Part shown: one piece after another, positions 20,687 through 30,041 of the stretch
Layout of the letters: every line of letters starts with the position of its first letter
How positions within the stretch are numbered: position 1 is the stretch's first letter
Assembly (NCBI GenBank): GCA_021372675.1
Contig: JAJFTZ010000057.1
Location: forward strand, 22,633-86,632
DNA length: 64,000 nucleotides
Origin: Eubacteriales bacterium
GTDB taxonomy: Bacteria; Bacillota; Clostridia; Christensenellales; CAG-138
Direction of reading: 5' to 3'
Translations under genes and position numbers: made by a program
Notes under the pieces: generated by a model
Seen by the model: only the letters and a program-made list of their open reading frames with translations
Told to the model about the DNA's origin: nothing
Database searches by the model: none

Positions 20687-22099
20687 TTAGTTTTTGCTGT
20701 CCTGCCGCTTTTTTTCAAACAGGAGGATCGCCGCCGCGACCGACGCGTTGAGCGATTCGATGCTGCCGTAAAGCGGTATTTTCACCGTAAAGTCGCACAT
20801 CTCGCGCACAAGCCTCGAAAGGCCCTCGCCCTCGGAGCCGATCACGAGCGCAAGCGCGCCCTCGAGCTTGGCCTCCGTCATGGGCGTGCCCTCCATATCG
20901 GCGCCGGCGATCCATACGCCCTCTTTTTTAAGCGTTTCGATGGCGTTACCGATATTTGCCACGCGCGCCACCTTGATGTATTCCACCGCGCCCGCGCTCG
21001 CCTTGCAGGCGGCTGCGGTGACGCTCGCGGAGCGCCTTTTGGGGATGACCACGCCGTGCGCGCCCGCGCATTCCGCGCTCCTTAGGATGGAGCCGAGGTT
21101 ATGCGGGTCCTCGATGCCGTCGAGCAGAACGAGGAAGGGCTTTTCATTTTTCGCCTTGGCCGCGTCGAGGATGTCGCTGAGCTCGCAGTACTGCACGCCC
21201 GGCACCATGGCCACGATGCCCTGATGGTTGCCCGTTTTGCTGCCGTGGCCGAAGGGCATGCAAAGCTCGTCGAGCTTGCTCCTATCCACCTCGCGAAGCT
21301 GCACGTTGTTATCGCGCGCGAGGTTCACAAGCTCGCGCAGGGAACCGTCGAGCTCCTTCACGACGAGGATACGGTCGATGCTCCTGCCGCTTTTGAGCGC
21401 CTCGCGGACGGCGTTGCGGCCCATCACGAGGTAGGGAAGCTCGTCCTCCGGCACGTTTTTGGCCTGCTCCGCGGCTGTGGCGCTCGCGGGGGCCATGGCG
21501 TCGTACTTCAGCTCGTAACGCTGCTTTTTCATGTCGGGCGCGGTGTGCGCTTCGGCCTCGTGAAGCTCCGCCTCGTCCACGGAGGGCGCGCTCGGCTTCT
21601 TGCTCTCGTAGGGCTTGCTGCCGCCGTAAGGCTTGCTGCCGTAAGGTTTTTTGTACGAACGGTCGCCGTAGGGTTTGTCGCCGTAGGGCTTCTTTTCGCC
21701 ATAGGGTTTATCGCCGTAAGGCTTATCGCCATACGGTTTTCTTTCGCCATAGGGCTTATCGCCATAGGGCTTTCTCTCGCCGTAAGGCTTGTCGCCGTAG
21801 GGTTTCTTCTCGCCATAGGGCTTATCGCCGTACGGCTTTCTCTCGCCGTAGGGTTTGTCACCGTAGGGCTTTCTCTCGCCATAGGGCTTGTCGCCGTAGG
21901 GTTTCTTCTCGCCATAGGGCTTATCGCCGTACGGTTTTTTGTCACCGTAGGGCTTTTTGTCACCGTAGGGTTTTTTATCGCCGTATGGCTTCCTATCCCC
22001 CTGCGGCTTGCCGCCGTAGGGCTTGCCCCCGCGCGCGTCGTTTCCGCCCTGCGGGCGGTAAGGGGGCTTTCCGCCGCCCCTGTTGTTATTTTCCGGCAT
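20687..22099 (-). CDS. rlmB: 23S rRNA 2'-O-methyltransferase RlmB (SpoU/TrmH) with long N-terminal KPYG repeat domain
   Basis: C-terminal LDGIEDPHNLGSILRSAE, LVIGSEGEGLS and IPLYGSIESLNASVAAAILL motifs. Start ATG 22099 lies just downstream of the mrnC stop. Confidence 0.85.
   Translation of the reverse strand: MPENNNRGGGKPPYRPQGGNDARGGKPYGGKPQGDRKPYGDKKPYGDKKPYGDKKPYGDKPYGEKKPYGDKPYGERKPYGDKPYGERKPYGDKPYGEKKPYGDKPYGERKPYGDKPYGERKPYGDKPYGDKPYGEKKPYGDKPYGDRSYKKPYGSKPYGGSKPYESKKPSAPSVDEAELHEAEAHTAPDMKKQRYELKYDAMAPASATAAEQAKNVPEDELPYLVMGRNAVREALKSGRSIDRILVVKELDGSLRELVNLARDNNVQLREVDRSKLDELCMPFGHGSKTGNHQGIVAMVPGVQYCELSDILDAAKAKNEKPFLVLLDGIEDPHNLGSILRSAECAGAHGVVIPKRRSASVTAAACKASAGAVEYIKVARVANIGNAIETLKKEGVWIAGADMEGTPMTEAKLEGALALVIGSEGEGLSRLVREMCDFTVKIPLYGSIESLNASVAAAILLFEKKRQDSKN
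21596..22024 (-). repeat. In-frame tandem repeat encoding about two dozen KPYG(D/E)(K/R) units in rlmB
   Basis: 15/18-nt periodic DNA with a higher-order 33-nt unit (KPYGDKPYGE[KR]). Translation of the rlmB frame. Confidence 0.9.
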
Positions 22100-22130
22100 A
22101 GTTGACCTCTTTCTTTCGTGTCGGCGGGGG

Positions 22131-22598
22131 TTATGTGCGCTCGCTTGCGCCGCCTGTGATGAGGGCCGCGCGAACAAGCTCGGACAGCCGCGCCTCCCGG
22201 TTGGACAGATACAGATAGCCCAGCAGCGCCTCGAAGCCCGTAGCCGTGCGGTAATCGGCTATTTTGGCGTTTTTGGGGACGCTGCCAAGGTGCGTGTTGC
22301 GGCCGCGCTTGTAAATCCCCAGTTCCTCGTCGCTTAGCATTTGCTCCACGCGGAAAAAGCTTTCGGCCTGCGCCTTGGCACACACCCTCGCCGCACATCG
22401 CACGTGCAGCCCGTGCGCCGTTTGATCGGTGGTTTCCAAATAATAGGTGCGTACGAAAAGATCGTACACGGTATCGCCGACGTAGGCGAGCACGGAGGGG
22501 CTCAAAAGCGCGGGGTCGCGCGGGGACACCCCGTGAAACGCCGCGTTGACCGCCCCGAGCATACCGCCCGCATCGCCCTTTTCGCCTATCCTCTCCAT
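22131..22598 (-). CDS. mrnC: Mini-ribonuclease III
   Basis: LAYVGDTVYDLFVRTYY RNase III-like signature, ~150 aa, located upstream of rlmB. Confidence 0.8.
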   Translation of the reverse strand: MERIGEKGDAGGMLGAVNAAFHGVSPRDPALLSPSVLAYVGDTVYDLFVRTYYLETTDQTAHGLHVRCAARVCAKAQAESFFRVEQMLSDEELGIYKRGRNTHLGSVPKNAKIADYRTATGFEALLGYLYLSNREARLSELVRAALITGGASERT

Positions 22599-22702
22599 TT
22601 GAAAATATTATAGACGGATTATGGCGTAAAGTAAAGGTTCACGGCGGCATACTAGCGCTAAGGCAGGGGAGGCCGGACCCCCGCCCTGAGGAGGATAGCA
22701 AG

Positions 22703-24223
22703 ATGAAAAAAACGACCGCTGCGGCCCTGCGCATAATACCCCGGCTGGTTAACGCCTGTTTCGCGCTTTTCTTGGGGACGGTGCTCGTTCTTATGGCGCT
22801 CGTTGACAAGCGGGTTTTTTATTACGCCTCCGAAAACGAGGTGCTTTTGCCCAACGCCGCCTTGCTCTTTTTTGCGCTCCCGCTCGTTTTCCTCGGGGTT
22901 GCGGCCGCGCGCCTTTCTAAAAAACGCGGCCATCCGAGCGACCGTATTTTTTACGCGCTCGTCTGCGCCTTTTTCGCGGCGCTTTTCACGCTGCAGCTCT
23001 TCGTCGTGAAAAATATTTATTTTTACGGCGGGTGGGATTTCGGCACGCTCCTCGACAACGCGCGGGCCGTGGCCCTTTCCGGGGCCGGGGGCGTGGATCG
23101 CTGGTATTTCGGGATGTACCCCAACAACCTCACGCCGGTCTATGTGCTCACAAACCTTTTCAGGCTCGGCGCGCTCATCACGAAAAGCAATCCGTATGCG
23201 ACCGTGCTCGCGGCAACCTGCCTCGGCGTGAACCTTTCGGTGCTCCTTTCCGTATTCTGCGTTTTCAAGCTCACGAAAAACCGCATATCGGCCGCGATCT
23301 GCGCGCTCGCGGGCGCGTTTTTGATTGCGCTTTCGCCTTGGATCGCCGTGCCTTACACGGATTCGCTCTCCGTTTTCTTCCCCGCGGCGGCTATGTTCTT
23401 CTTCTGCTTCCTTAAGGATGTGCGCGTTAAAAGCTTTCTCGTTACGCTCCTTTTGGTATTCGGCGCCTTCCTCAAGCCCACCGTGCTGCTCGTTCTTTTC
23501 GCGTTCGCCGCCGTAAACGGCGCGCGGCTTCTTCGCCGCGCGGGTTTTCGGCGCGTTTTGGCGGCGCTTCTTCCCGCCGCGCTGGCGGTTTTATGCGCGT
23601 TTTCGCTGCGGTGGGCGCTCATCCGCGAAAACAAAACGGAGCTCGAGGAAAACCTCCGCATGCCCTTCACGCATTATTTGATGATGGGCCTCAACCACGA
23701 GAAAAACGGCGTATTTTCCGACGAGGACGCGGATTTTTCCTCGGCCTTTCCCGACGCCGCCACAAGGAGCGCGGCCAACCTCGCGGTCATAAAAAAGCGC
23801 CTCGCCGAGCGCGGCCTTTTGCTGCTTTTTATGAAAAAGACGCTTTGCAACTTCAACGACGGCACCTTCGCGTGGGGGCTTGAGGGGCATTTTTACCTCA
23901 ACGTTTTGCCCGCGAAAACGCCCCTTGCGCTTTCCTTGCGCAAGGTTTATTATAATTCCTCGCCCGAGCACGCCGCGCTTGCCACGGCGCAGCAGGCCGT
24001 GTGGCTTTTTGTGCTTTTATGCGCGCTTCGCGCCGCGTTTCCCCTCAAGGCGGGGAACCCCGCCGCGCGCGCCGCCATGCTCGCGCTTTTAGGCGTAAGC
24101 CTGTTTTTAATGCTGTTCGAATGCCGCGCGCGGTACCTTTATTTGTTTTCGCCGCTGTTTCTCATGCTCGCGGGCTGCGGGCTGGCGGAGGGCGCCGACC
24201 CGCGGCGGGAAACCCGTCCGTAG
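22703..24223 (+). CDS. Polytopic membrane protein, probable GT-C (ArnT/PMT-like) glycosyltransferase
   Basis: 506 aa with more than 10 hydrophobic segments and large loops. No soluble catalytic domain recognised. Confidence 0.45.
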   Translation: MKKTTAAALRIIPRLVNACFALFLGTVLVLMALVDKRVFYYASENEVLLPNAALLFFALPLVFLGVAAARLSKKRGHPSDRIFYALVCAFFAALFTLQLFVVKNIYFYGGWDFGTLLDNARAVALSGAGGVDRWYFGMYPNNLTPVYVLTNLFRLGALITKSNPYATVLAATCLGVNLSVLLSVFCVFKLTKNRISAAICALAGAFLIALSPWIAVPYTDSLSVFFPAAAMFFFCFLKDVRVKSFLVTLLLVFGAFLKPTVLLVLFAFAAVNGARLLRRAGFRRVLAALLPAALAVLCAFSLRWALIRENKTELEENLRMPFTHYLMMGLNHEKNGVFSDEDADFSSAFPDAATRSAANLAVIKKRLAERGLLLLFMKKTLCNFNDGTFAWGLEGHFYLNVLPAKTPLALSLRKVYYNSSPEHAALATAQQAVWLFVLLCALRAAFPLKAGNPAARAAMLALLGVSLFLMLFECRARYLYLFSPLFLMLAGCGLAEGADPRRETRP

Positions 24224-24309
24224 ACCGGGCGATCACACAGGGTCGCCCCTACTTGTGCGCTCCCTCCCTCTGTGATAGGGTAGAGGGAGAAAAGCGAGGG
24301 GGCAAACGC

Positions 24310-24729
24310 ATGGAATTTACGATAGAGCCGTACGACGCACTTTCCGTCCCCATGGACGAGGTGCTTGCGCTTTACGAAAGCGTGGGCTGGGCGAACTATA
24401 CCAAAAACCCCGCTATGCTGGAAAAGGCCCTTTCTCATTCCCTCGCGGCGCTTTGCGCGCGCACGGAGGGACGGCTTATCGGGCTTATCCGCGCGGTGGG
24501 CGACGGGCATTCCGTTTTGTATGTGCAGGACGTTCTGGTTTTACCGCAGTTTCAGCGCGGGGGCGTGGGAAAAGCGCTTTTTCTGGCGCTGGATTGCCTG
24601 TATCCCGCGGTTTACCAAAAGGTGCTTTTGACCGACGACCTCCCCGAAAACGCCGGCTTTTACGAAAGCTGCGGCTTTACGCACGCCTCTCGGCTCGGCT
24701 GCGCGGCCTACGTGAAGATAACAAGATAG
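24310..24729 (+). CDS. GNAT-family N-acetyltransferase
   Basis: VLPQFQRGGVGKALF acetyl-CoA-binding motif. Start at ATG 24310 (MEFTIEPYD). Confidence 0.75.
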   Translation: MEFTIEPYDALSVPMDEVLALYESVGWANYTKNPAMLEKALSHSLAALCARTEGRLIGLIRAVGDGHSVLYVQDVLVLPQFQRGGVGKALFLALDCLYPAVYQKVLLTDDLPENAGFYESCGFTHASRLGCAAYVKITR

Positions 24730-24736
24730 AAAAGTC

Positions 24737-24777
24737 AACAAGCGGCGGAATGGCTTCCATTCCGCCGCTTGTTTTTT
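24737..24777. terminator. Bidirectional terminator between GNAT and noc genes
   Basis: AACAAGCGGCGGAATGG-CTTC-CATTCCGCCGCTTGTT followed by TTTT. Confidence 0.75.
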
Positions 24778-24784
24778 ATTTCGC

Positions 24785-25624
24785 TTACGGCTTTCTCGTG
24801 ACCTTGATGGCGATATCCACGCCGTCCGGGCGGTCTGACTGCTCCACCTCCACCGACATGCCCGCCTCGCGCAGTTGGTTGACGGCGGTGTTTACGGTGT
24901 TCATAAAAAGCCTGTAATCCTTCACGAGCCGTATCATGATGGGGCGGGGCTTCGCGCCGTCCCGCTTTTCGTCGTAAAGGCGGTTGAGCGTTTTTTCCAC
25001 ATACGCTTCGGTCTCCTTCACGGAAAGCCCCTTCTCGGCGATCTTTTTCACGGCGTCGAGCTGGTGCTTTTCCTCGCGCAGGCTTAAAAGCGCGCGCGCG
25101 TGGCGCTCGCTCAGGCCCGCTTCGACCATGGCGTCCTTCACGGCGGGGGGAAGCTTCAAAATGCGCAGCTTGTTGGCGATGGACGACTGGCTCTTGCCGA
25201 GTTTTTTGGCAAGCTCCTCCTGCGTGAGGTGGAAGGAGCTGAGAAGCTGGCTGTAGCACCCGGCCTCCTCGAGGTAGCTGAGCTCCTCGCGCTGGAGGTT
25301 TTCGATGAGCGCCATCATGGCGGAGGCCTCGTCCACCACGTCGTTTTGCACGATGCAGATCACCGTTTTCATGCCGAGGGTTTTCACCGCGCGAAGGCGG
25401 CGTTCGCCCGCCACGAGTTCGTACCCGCTTGGGACGGGGCGCACCACGAGCGGCTGAATAAGCCCCACCTGCGCGATGGAGTCCGCAAGCTCCTGAATAC
25501 CTTCCTCCACAAACGTGGCGCGCGGCTGGTTGGGGTTCGGCAGTATTTTTAAAACGTCGATCTCCTCCAGCCTCTTTTCCGGCTCGGGCTTTTTCGTATC
25601 CCTCAAAAAATCAAATACCGGCAT
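24785..25624 (-). CDS. noc: ParB-family nucleoid-occlusion-like protein (Noc-type paralogue)
   Basis: GERRLRAV CTP/ParB box, HTH TQEELAKKLGKSQSSIANKLRILKL, Noc-like C-terminus (FMNTVNTAVNQLREAGMSVEVE...IAIKVTRKP). Adjacent to rsmG. Confidence 0.65.
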   Translation of the reverse strand: MPVFDFLRDTKKPEPEKRLEEIDVLKILPNPNQPRATFVEEGIQELADSIAQVGLIQPLVVRPVPSGYELVAGERRLRAVKTLGMKTVICIVQNDVVDEASAMMALIENLQREELSYLEEAGCYSQLLSSFHLTQEELAKKLGKSQSSIANKLRILKLPPAVKDAMVEAGLSERHARALLSLREEKHQLDAVKKIAEKGLSVKETEAYVEKTLNRLYDEKRDGAKPRPIMIRLVKDYRLFMNTVNTAVNQLREAGMSVEVEQSDRPDGVDIAIKVTRKP

Positions 25625-25729
25625 GAACCTGGCCTCCTTACGATGAGTGTTTCGCTGTGAAACCGTATATTTCCTGCAACCGCCGCAAAAGCGGCGCGGA
25701 TTCGGCAAAAAAGGATTTTCTTCGCATCG

Positions 25730-26419
25730 CTACAGGGGTTTTTTCTTCATCACGCCGCTCGCGCGGGGATAATTTTCCGGCGTCGGCGCGAGCTTTGTGA
25801 CGAAAATCACGCGGCGTTCCCCCCACGCGGCGTCGAATTTAACGAGCTCCGCTTCCGCCCTTAAGAGGTGCAGCGCGTTTTTCGCGGAAAGAAGCTCCGA
25901 CTCCGCCTGCGGGCCCTTGTACATGAGCGACACGCCGCCTTCCTTCAAAAAAGGCACCGTAAGCTCCGTAAGGACCGAGGCCGGGGCCACCGCCCGCGAG
26001 AGCGCCGCGTCGAACCCCGCACGATAGCTTAAGCTCTTGCCCGCTTCCTCCGCGCGCGCGTGCACGCATTGGATGTTTAGGTTAAGCTCCTTGCACGCCG
26101 CCTCCAAAAAGCCGACGCGTTTTTGAAGCGCGTCCATGAGCGTAAAGCTTAAGTCCGGCCGCGCAACGGCGAGCGGTATGCCGGGGAAGCCCGCGCCCGT
26201 GCCCACGTCGATCACCCTCGCGTTTTTTTTGAGAAGGCTTTCGGGCAAAACGCTGTCCGCAAAGTGCTTTGAGGCGACCTCGGCGGGGTCGGTGATGGCC
26301 GTAAGGTTCATGCGCGCGTTCCAGTCTACGAGCATTTCGTAAAAAACGCAGAGCTTTCTTTGCCGCGCCTCGTCAAGCGAGGGGAGCGCCGCCCTTACGG
26401 CGTCGAAAATTTCGCTCAT
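25730..26419 (-). CDS. rsmG: 16S rRNA m7G methyltransferase RsmG (GidB)
   Basis: IDVGTGAGFPGIPLA SAM motif. 4-nt overlap with mnmG. Confidence 0.9.
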   Translation of the reverse strand: MSEIFDAVRAALPSLDEARQRKLCVFYEMLVDWNARMNLTAITDPAEVASKHFADSVLPESLLKKNARVIDVGTGAGFPGIPLAVARPDLSFTLMDALQKRVGFLEAACKELNLNIQCVHARAEEAGKSLSYRAGFDAALSRAVAPASVLTELTVPFLKEGGVSLMYKGPQAESELLSAKNALHLLRAEAELVKFDAAWGERRVIFVTKLAPTPENYPRASGVMKKKPL

Positions 26420-28338
26420 ACGCCCTCCGTACCCCGAGGCGCGGGCGTTTTCTCCGCCGCGCGCGCATCCTTTTTGAGCTGCACCAGAAGCACCGCGATA
26501 TCCGCGGGCGACACGCCCGAAACGCGCGACGCCTGTCCGATGTTTTTCGGGCGCAGCGCGGCGAGCTTTTGCCGCGCCTCAATGCGAAGCCCGCTCACGG
26601 AAAAATAGTCCATTTCCGCGGGCAAAAGCACCGTTTCCAGCTCCTCGAAGCGCTTTACCTGCTCCGCCTGTTTTTTGATATACCCCTCGTACCGCGCCGC
26701 GATTTCCACCTGCTCGCGCGCTTCGTCGCCGATCTCGGGCAAGCCCCGCCCGAGGCGCATTAGGTCGGTATACGAAACGCTCTCGCGCTTCAAAATATCG
26801 TAAAGCTTTAGCCCCGGTCGCAGCTCGCCCTCGCCCTTTTCCTCGAGCAGGGCCTTTAAAGCCTCGTCCGGCTTCGCGAACGCGCTAAGCGCCGCCACGG
26901 CGCGGTCGATCTCGTCGCGCTTTCGCATGAGCCTTTCGTACCGCGCGCCGCTTACAAGCCCCGTGCGCTTGGCAAGCTCCGTAAGCCTTAGATCCGCGTT
27001 ATCCTGCCGCAGCAAAAGCCTGTATTCCGCGCGCGAGGTCATCATGCGGTACGGCTCGTTGGTGCCCTTTACGGTGAGGTCGTCCACAAGCACGCCGACG
27101 TACGCGTCCGCCCGCGTCAAAACAAGCGGGGGTTCCCTTTTCAAATAGAGCGCGGCGTTCACGCCCGCGTACAGCCCTTGCGCCGCCGCCTCCTCGTACC
27201 CGGACGTGCCGTTGATCTGCCCCGCGAAGTAAAGCCCTTCGATCTCCTTATGCGAAAGTCCCTCGCCGAGCGTCTGCGGGTCGATGCAATCGTACTCGAT
27301 GGCGTACCCCGGGCGCATGATCTCGCAGCGCTCCATGCCGCGTATGGTGCGAAGCATCTTTACCTGCACGTCGAGCGGCAGCGAGGTGGACATCCCCTGC
27401 ACGTACATCTCGTCCGTGGAGCCGCCCTCCGGTTCCAAAAAAAGCTGGTGGCGCTCCTTATCCTTGAAGCGCGTGATCTTATCCTCGATCGAGGGGCAGT
27501 ACCGCGTGCCCGTGCCCTCGATAAGCCCGCCGTACATGGCCGAACGGTGGATGTTTTCTAAAATCACCCGGTGCGTCTCCGCGTTGGTATACGTTAAATA
27601 GCACGGCGTTTGCGCGCGGCTTAAAATCGCCGCAGCGCCCTTATTTAAAAACGAGAAGCAGGGCGGGGGAACATCCCCTTCCTGACGCTCCATTTTGTCA
27701 AGGTCGAGGCTCCGCCTGTGCACCCGCGCGGGCGTACCCGTTTTGAACCTTCGAAGCGGCACGCCAAGCTCCGTAAGCGACGCCGAAAGCGCGTTTGCGC
27801 CCAAAAACCCCGCAGGCCCGCTTTGCGAAACATGGTCGCCGATCAAAATGCGGCTTTTCAAATACACGCCCGCCGCCACTACGAGCGCGCGGCAAAGGTA
27901 CCTTATCCCGCCGCCCGCCACAACGCCCGCGACGCGCCCGTTATAAACGAGTATCCTCTCGCACTCGCCCTGCCGAAGCGTCAGGTTTTCTTCCCGCTCC
28001 AGCGCGCGCTTCATCCGCTCGTGGTAGCTCCGCTTGTCGATCTGCGCCCGAAGCGAATGCACCGCCGGGCCTTTCCCTGTATTGAGCATGCGTATCTGCA
28101 AAAACGTGTCGTCCGCCGCAAGCCCCATCTCGCCGCCCATCGCGTCGATCTCGCACACCAAATGCCCCTTGCTCGTGCCGCCGATCGCCGGGTTGCACGC
28201 CATGTGCGCCACCGAGTCGAGGTTCATCGTGAGGCAAAGCGTTTTTAACCCCATGCGCGAAAGCGCGAGCGCCGCCTCGCAGCCCGCGTGGCCCGCCCCT
28301 AAAACGATCGCATCATAGGCTCCCGCGTTAAAATCCAT
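26416..28338 (-). CDS. mnmG: tRNA uridine-5-carboxymethylaminomethyl modification enzyme MnmG (GidA)
   Basis: YDAIVLGAGHAGCEAA FAD motif, 640 aa, conserved synteny. Confidence 0.95.
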   Translation of the reverse strand: MDFNAGAYDAIVLGAGHAGCEAALALSRMGLKTLCLTMNLDSVAHMACNPAIGGTSKGHLVCEIDAMGGEMGLAADDTFLQIRMLNTGKGPAVHSLRAQIDKRSYHERMKRALEREENLTLRQGECERILVYNGRVAGVVAGGGIRYLCRALVVAAGVYLKSRILIGDHVSQSGPAGFLGANALSASLTELGVPLRRFKTGTPARVHRRSLDLDKMERQEGDVPPPCFSFLNKGAAAILSRAQTPCYLTYTNAETHRVILENIHRSAMYGGLIEGTGTRYCPSIEDKITRFKDKERHQLFLEPEGGSTDEMYVQGMSTSLPLDVQVKMLRTIRGMERCEIMRPGYAIEYDCIDPQTLGEGLSHKEIEGLYFAGQINGTSGYEEAAAQGLYAGVNAALYLKREPPLVLTRADAYVGVLVDDLTVKGTNEPYRMMTSRAEYRLLLRQDNADLRLTELAKRTGLVSGARYERLMRKRDEIDRAVAALSAFAKPDEALKALLEEKGEGELRPGLKLYDILKRESVSYTDLMRLGRGLPEIGDEAREQVEIAARYEGYIKKQAEQVKRFEELETVLLPAEMDYFSVSGLRIEARQKLAALRPKNIGQASRVSGVSPADIAVLLVQLKKDARAAEKTPAPRGTEGV

Positions 28339-28373
28339 AGCTCTTTTCTTGGAGGCTCCGCCTCCAAACCTCC

Positions 28374-28415
28374 GGTTACTTTTCTTTTAAGAAAAGTAAC
28401 CAAAAGAATTTATAG
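28374..28415 (+). repeat. Rep-C core copy b
   Basis: GGTTACTTTTCTTTTAAGAAAAGTAACC followed by AAAAGAATTTATAG. Confidence 0.75.
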
Positions 28416-28490
28416 TTTAAAGTATAAGGAGCCGCTCCCATAAAGCCCGAGCTATATTATAGCAAAACTTTCCTAAACAGGAAAAGGCTT

Positions 28491-29804
28491 TTATTTTCCC
28501 ACGCAGAACCGGGAAAAAATGCGGTCGAGCACCGCCGAATCCACGGTTTCGCCCGTGATCTCGCCCAAGGCGTGCAGCGCCTCGCGAAGGTCCGTGGCGA
28601 TAAGCTCCGCGTCCTTCACAAGAAGCGCGCTTTCAAGCGCGGCTTGCGCGCGCAGCAACGCGTCGATATGCCTCGCGTTCGTCACGAGCGCGCTCTCCGC
28701 CTCCGGCGCGAGCCGGTTGGCGACTTCCTTTTTCAACGCCTCCACGCCTTCGCCCGTGAGCGAGCTCACGCTTGCGGAGGGTATGCCGTACGCCTCTTGG
28801 AGCGCCGCCGCCGTGAGGCGCGCGGGGAGATCGCCCTTGCAAACGACCGCCATGCGGGGCTTGTCCGCGGTGGAAAGAAGAAGCTCCCTGTCGCTTTCGT
28901 CGAGCGCCTCCGCGCCGTCGAACGCCAGCAGCAGAAAATCCGCCTGCTCCGCCGCGCTTTTTGCCCGCGATACGCCCATGCGCTCCGCCTCGTCGCCGCT
29001 TTCGCGCATGCCCGCCGTATCCGTAAGCCTCACCGGCACGTCGAAAAACAGAGTTTCCTCCTCGAGCACGTCGCGCGTGGTGCCCGCGATAGGCGTTACG
29101 ATGGCGCGGTCGTACCCCAAAAGCGCGTTAAGCAGCGACGATTTGCCCGCGTTGGGACGGCCCAGCAGCACCACCCTCGCGCCCTCGCGCAAAAACCTCT
29201 GCTTTAACCCGCTTTGCGCAAGCGCGCGCAGTTCGGCCGCGGCGTTTTCAAGCGTTTGGGGAAGCGCTGAAAACACGTCCTCCTCCAGCTCCTCGGGGTA
29301 ATCTATGGCGGCGTCCACGCCGCTCAGCGCGTCGAGAAGCGCGTGCTCCACGGCCTTCACCGCGCGGCTCAGGCTACCTTGCAGCTGCTCGAGCGCGAGC
29401 GCCGCGCCGCGCTTCGAAGTCGCGGCAATCATATCCTGCACGGCTTCCGACTGCGCAAGGTCCAGCTTCCCGTTTAAAAACGCGCGCCGCGTGAACTCGC
29501 CCGGCTCCGCCGCGCGCGCGCAGCGCGAAAGCAAGGTGAGCACCCGGCTTAAAACCGCGCGCCCGCCGTGCGTATATAGCTCAGCCATGTCCTCGCCCGT
29601 GTAGCTTTTTGGCGCCTCGAAATAGGCGGCCATCGCTTCGTCCACCTTAATTTCTCCGTCCATCACGAAGCCGTGCCTCATGCGGGCATGCTCCACGGGT
29701 ACGCTGAATATTTTCCCTATCGTTTCCTTCGCTTCCGCTCCGCTGATGCGGATCACGGCGAGCGCGCCGCCCGCGGGGGTGGCGAGCGCGAAAATGGTAT
29801 CCAC
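28491..29804 (-). CDS. mnmE: tRNA modification GTPase MnmE (TrmE)
   Basis: DTIFALATP start region, G1 GRPNAGKSSLLN, DTAG, C-terminal FCVGK. GTG 29804 sits behind GGAGG. Confidence 0.93.
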   Translation of the reverse strand: MDTIFALATPAGGALAVIRISGAEAKETIGKIFSVPVEHARMRHGFVMDGEIKVDEAMAAYFEAPKSYTGEDMAELYTHGGRAVLSRVLTLLSRCARAAEPGEFTRRAFLNGKLDLAQSEAVQDMIAATSKRGAALALEQLQGSLSRAVKAVEHALLDALSGVDAAIDYPEELEEDVFSALPQTLENAAAELRALAQSGLKQRFLREGARVVLLGRPNAGKSSLLNALLGYDRAIVTPIAGTTRDVLEEETLFFDVPVRLTDTAGMRESGDEAERMGVSRAKSAAEQADFLLLAFDGAEALDESDRELLLSTADKPRMAVVCKGDLPARLTAAALQEAYGIPSASVSSLTGEGVEALKKEVANRLAPEAESALVTNARHIDALLRAQAALESALLVKDAELIATDLREALHALGEITGETVDSAVLDRIFSRFCVGK

Positions 29805-29934
29805 GGCTGTTTCCTCCTCGGCGGGAAATGGGGGATATTGTGGGGATACTGCTATTGTATCCCAAAGATGGGAGGGATGTAAACGGCGGCGCGTTTTTAC
29901 GCAGTTCGTTCTCCGTTTGCCTCCCCAAAACCAC

Positions 29935-30034
29935 AAAAGGCGCCCGTTGTTTGGGCGCCTTTTCGCGAAAAGTAAGCTTTTATTATTTTACCCTAAAGTT
30001 TCTTTTGCTTCTTTTCTTTTCAAAGAAAAGAAGC
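29935..30034 (-). repeat. Rep-C full module copy c (terminator hairpin + spacer + palindrome) after jag
   Basis: AAAAGGCGCCCGTTGTTTGGGCGCCTTTT ... GCTTCTTTTCTTTTCAAAGAAAAGAAGC. Confidence 0.8.
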
Positions 30035-30041
30035 GTATTCT

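Noticed and set aside
21529-22398. 289-aa alternative-frame ORF over the KPYG repeat DNA
   Set aside because: This is an out-of-frame reading of the tandem repeat. The rlmB frame continues into a bona fide SpoU methyltransferase domain and has an RBS-backed ATG.
25647-25662. parS-like dyad TGTTTCGCTGTGAAAC in the 5' UTR of the noc-like gene
   Set aside because: The arms are spaced one base wider than parS and the central bases differ, so it is unlikely to be a ParB site without experimental support.
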